A stretch of DNA of 64,000 nt from Octopus vulgaris. Its lineage: Eukaryota. Both the position numbers and the translations under genes were made by a program. The stretch spans positions 21,080,001-21,144,000 of the forward strand of contig OX597820.1 in NCBI GenBank assembly GCA_951406725.2, written 5' to 3'. Positions within the stretch are counted from its first letter, which is position 1; each line of letters opens with the position of its first letter. Shown piece after piece: positions 63,597 to 64,000 of the stretch. The notes beneath the pieces are model-generated. The model was not told the origin of the DNA. It made no database searches and saw only the letters and a list, made by a program, of their open reading frames with translations.

Positions 63597-63957
63597 CCTC
63601 TGCCTTAGCGAAGGCGGAGGTATTGTTTTCAGTTGTGCTTGTTTGTTTGTTTGTTTGTCCGTGGACAAGATATCTCAAGAACCGCTAGATGGATTCGAAT
63701 GAAATTTTCAGGGATGTTTGGCCACGTGACTGGCTCGAACTGATTAGATTTTGGGATTGATCCCAGTACTCGAAAAGGATTCTGGATTATTTTACCGTTT
63801 TTATTTTTACTTAATTTTTGAGAGTGGTTGGGTTCACTTCTAGTATTTTCATTTGTGAGAGCAGTCAAATTTATTTCAGATATTCTCATTTTAAAAACCA
63901 TCCCTGGCTAATCGTTGAGAGGTCGTTGACGTTGCCTTGGCAGAGGTTTGTGCTCTT
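63595..63957. mobile_element. Helentron/DINE-1-like non-autonomous element
   Basis: 5' acctctgcctt..aaggcggaggt palindrome, (GTTT)n, ggattcgaatgaaattttcagg core, and 3' subTIR ccttggcagaggtttgtgctct. Confidence 0.7.
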
Positions 63958-64000
63958 GTTGTTATTATTATTATTATTATGCTGAGTTCAAATTCCGCTC

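Overview
Eukaryotic, AT-rich and almost entirely repeat-derived window with no confidently supported host protein-coding exon. The repeat mix is what I recognise from octopus (cephalopod) genomes; this is an inference. Nearly all six-frame ORFs are artefacts of microsatellites or SINEs. Contents: (1) one ~3.3 kb decayed APE+RT LINE of the CR1/L2 group (9060-12350) plus truncated copies; (2) 3' fragments of RTE, R4/Dong-like and probable L1/Tx1-like LINEs; (3) three tRNA-headed SINE families (here A, B, C) in dozens of copies; (4) mariner fossils, pogo/mariner/piggyBac-type MITEs, two non-autonomous Helitrons and a Helentron-type element. Best second-look items: minimal hammerhead ribozyme motifs inside fold-back elements, several with the compensatory U3:A8 core (UUGANAA); SINE-LINE tail sharing with a compensated 3' hairpin, and SINE heads carrying alternative LINE tails; microsatellite-embedded RLE LINEs; serial SINE insertion at one site; a piggyBac-type MITE multimer with a fixed spacer at three loci; and an apparently inverted mariner. 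Coordinates were read by eye and may be off by a few bases.
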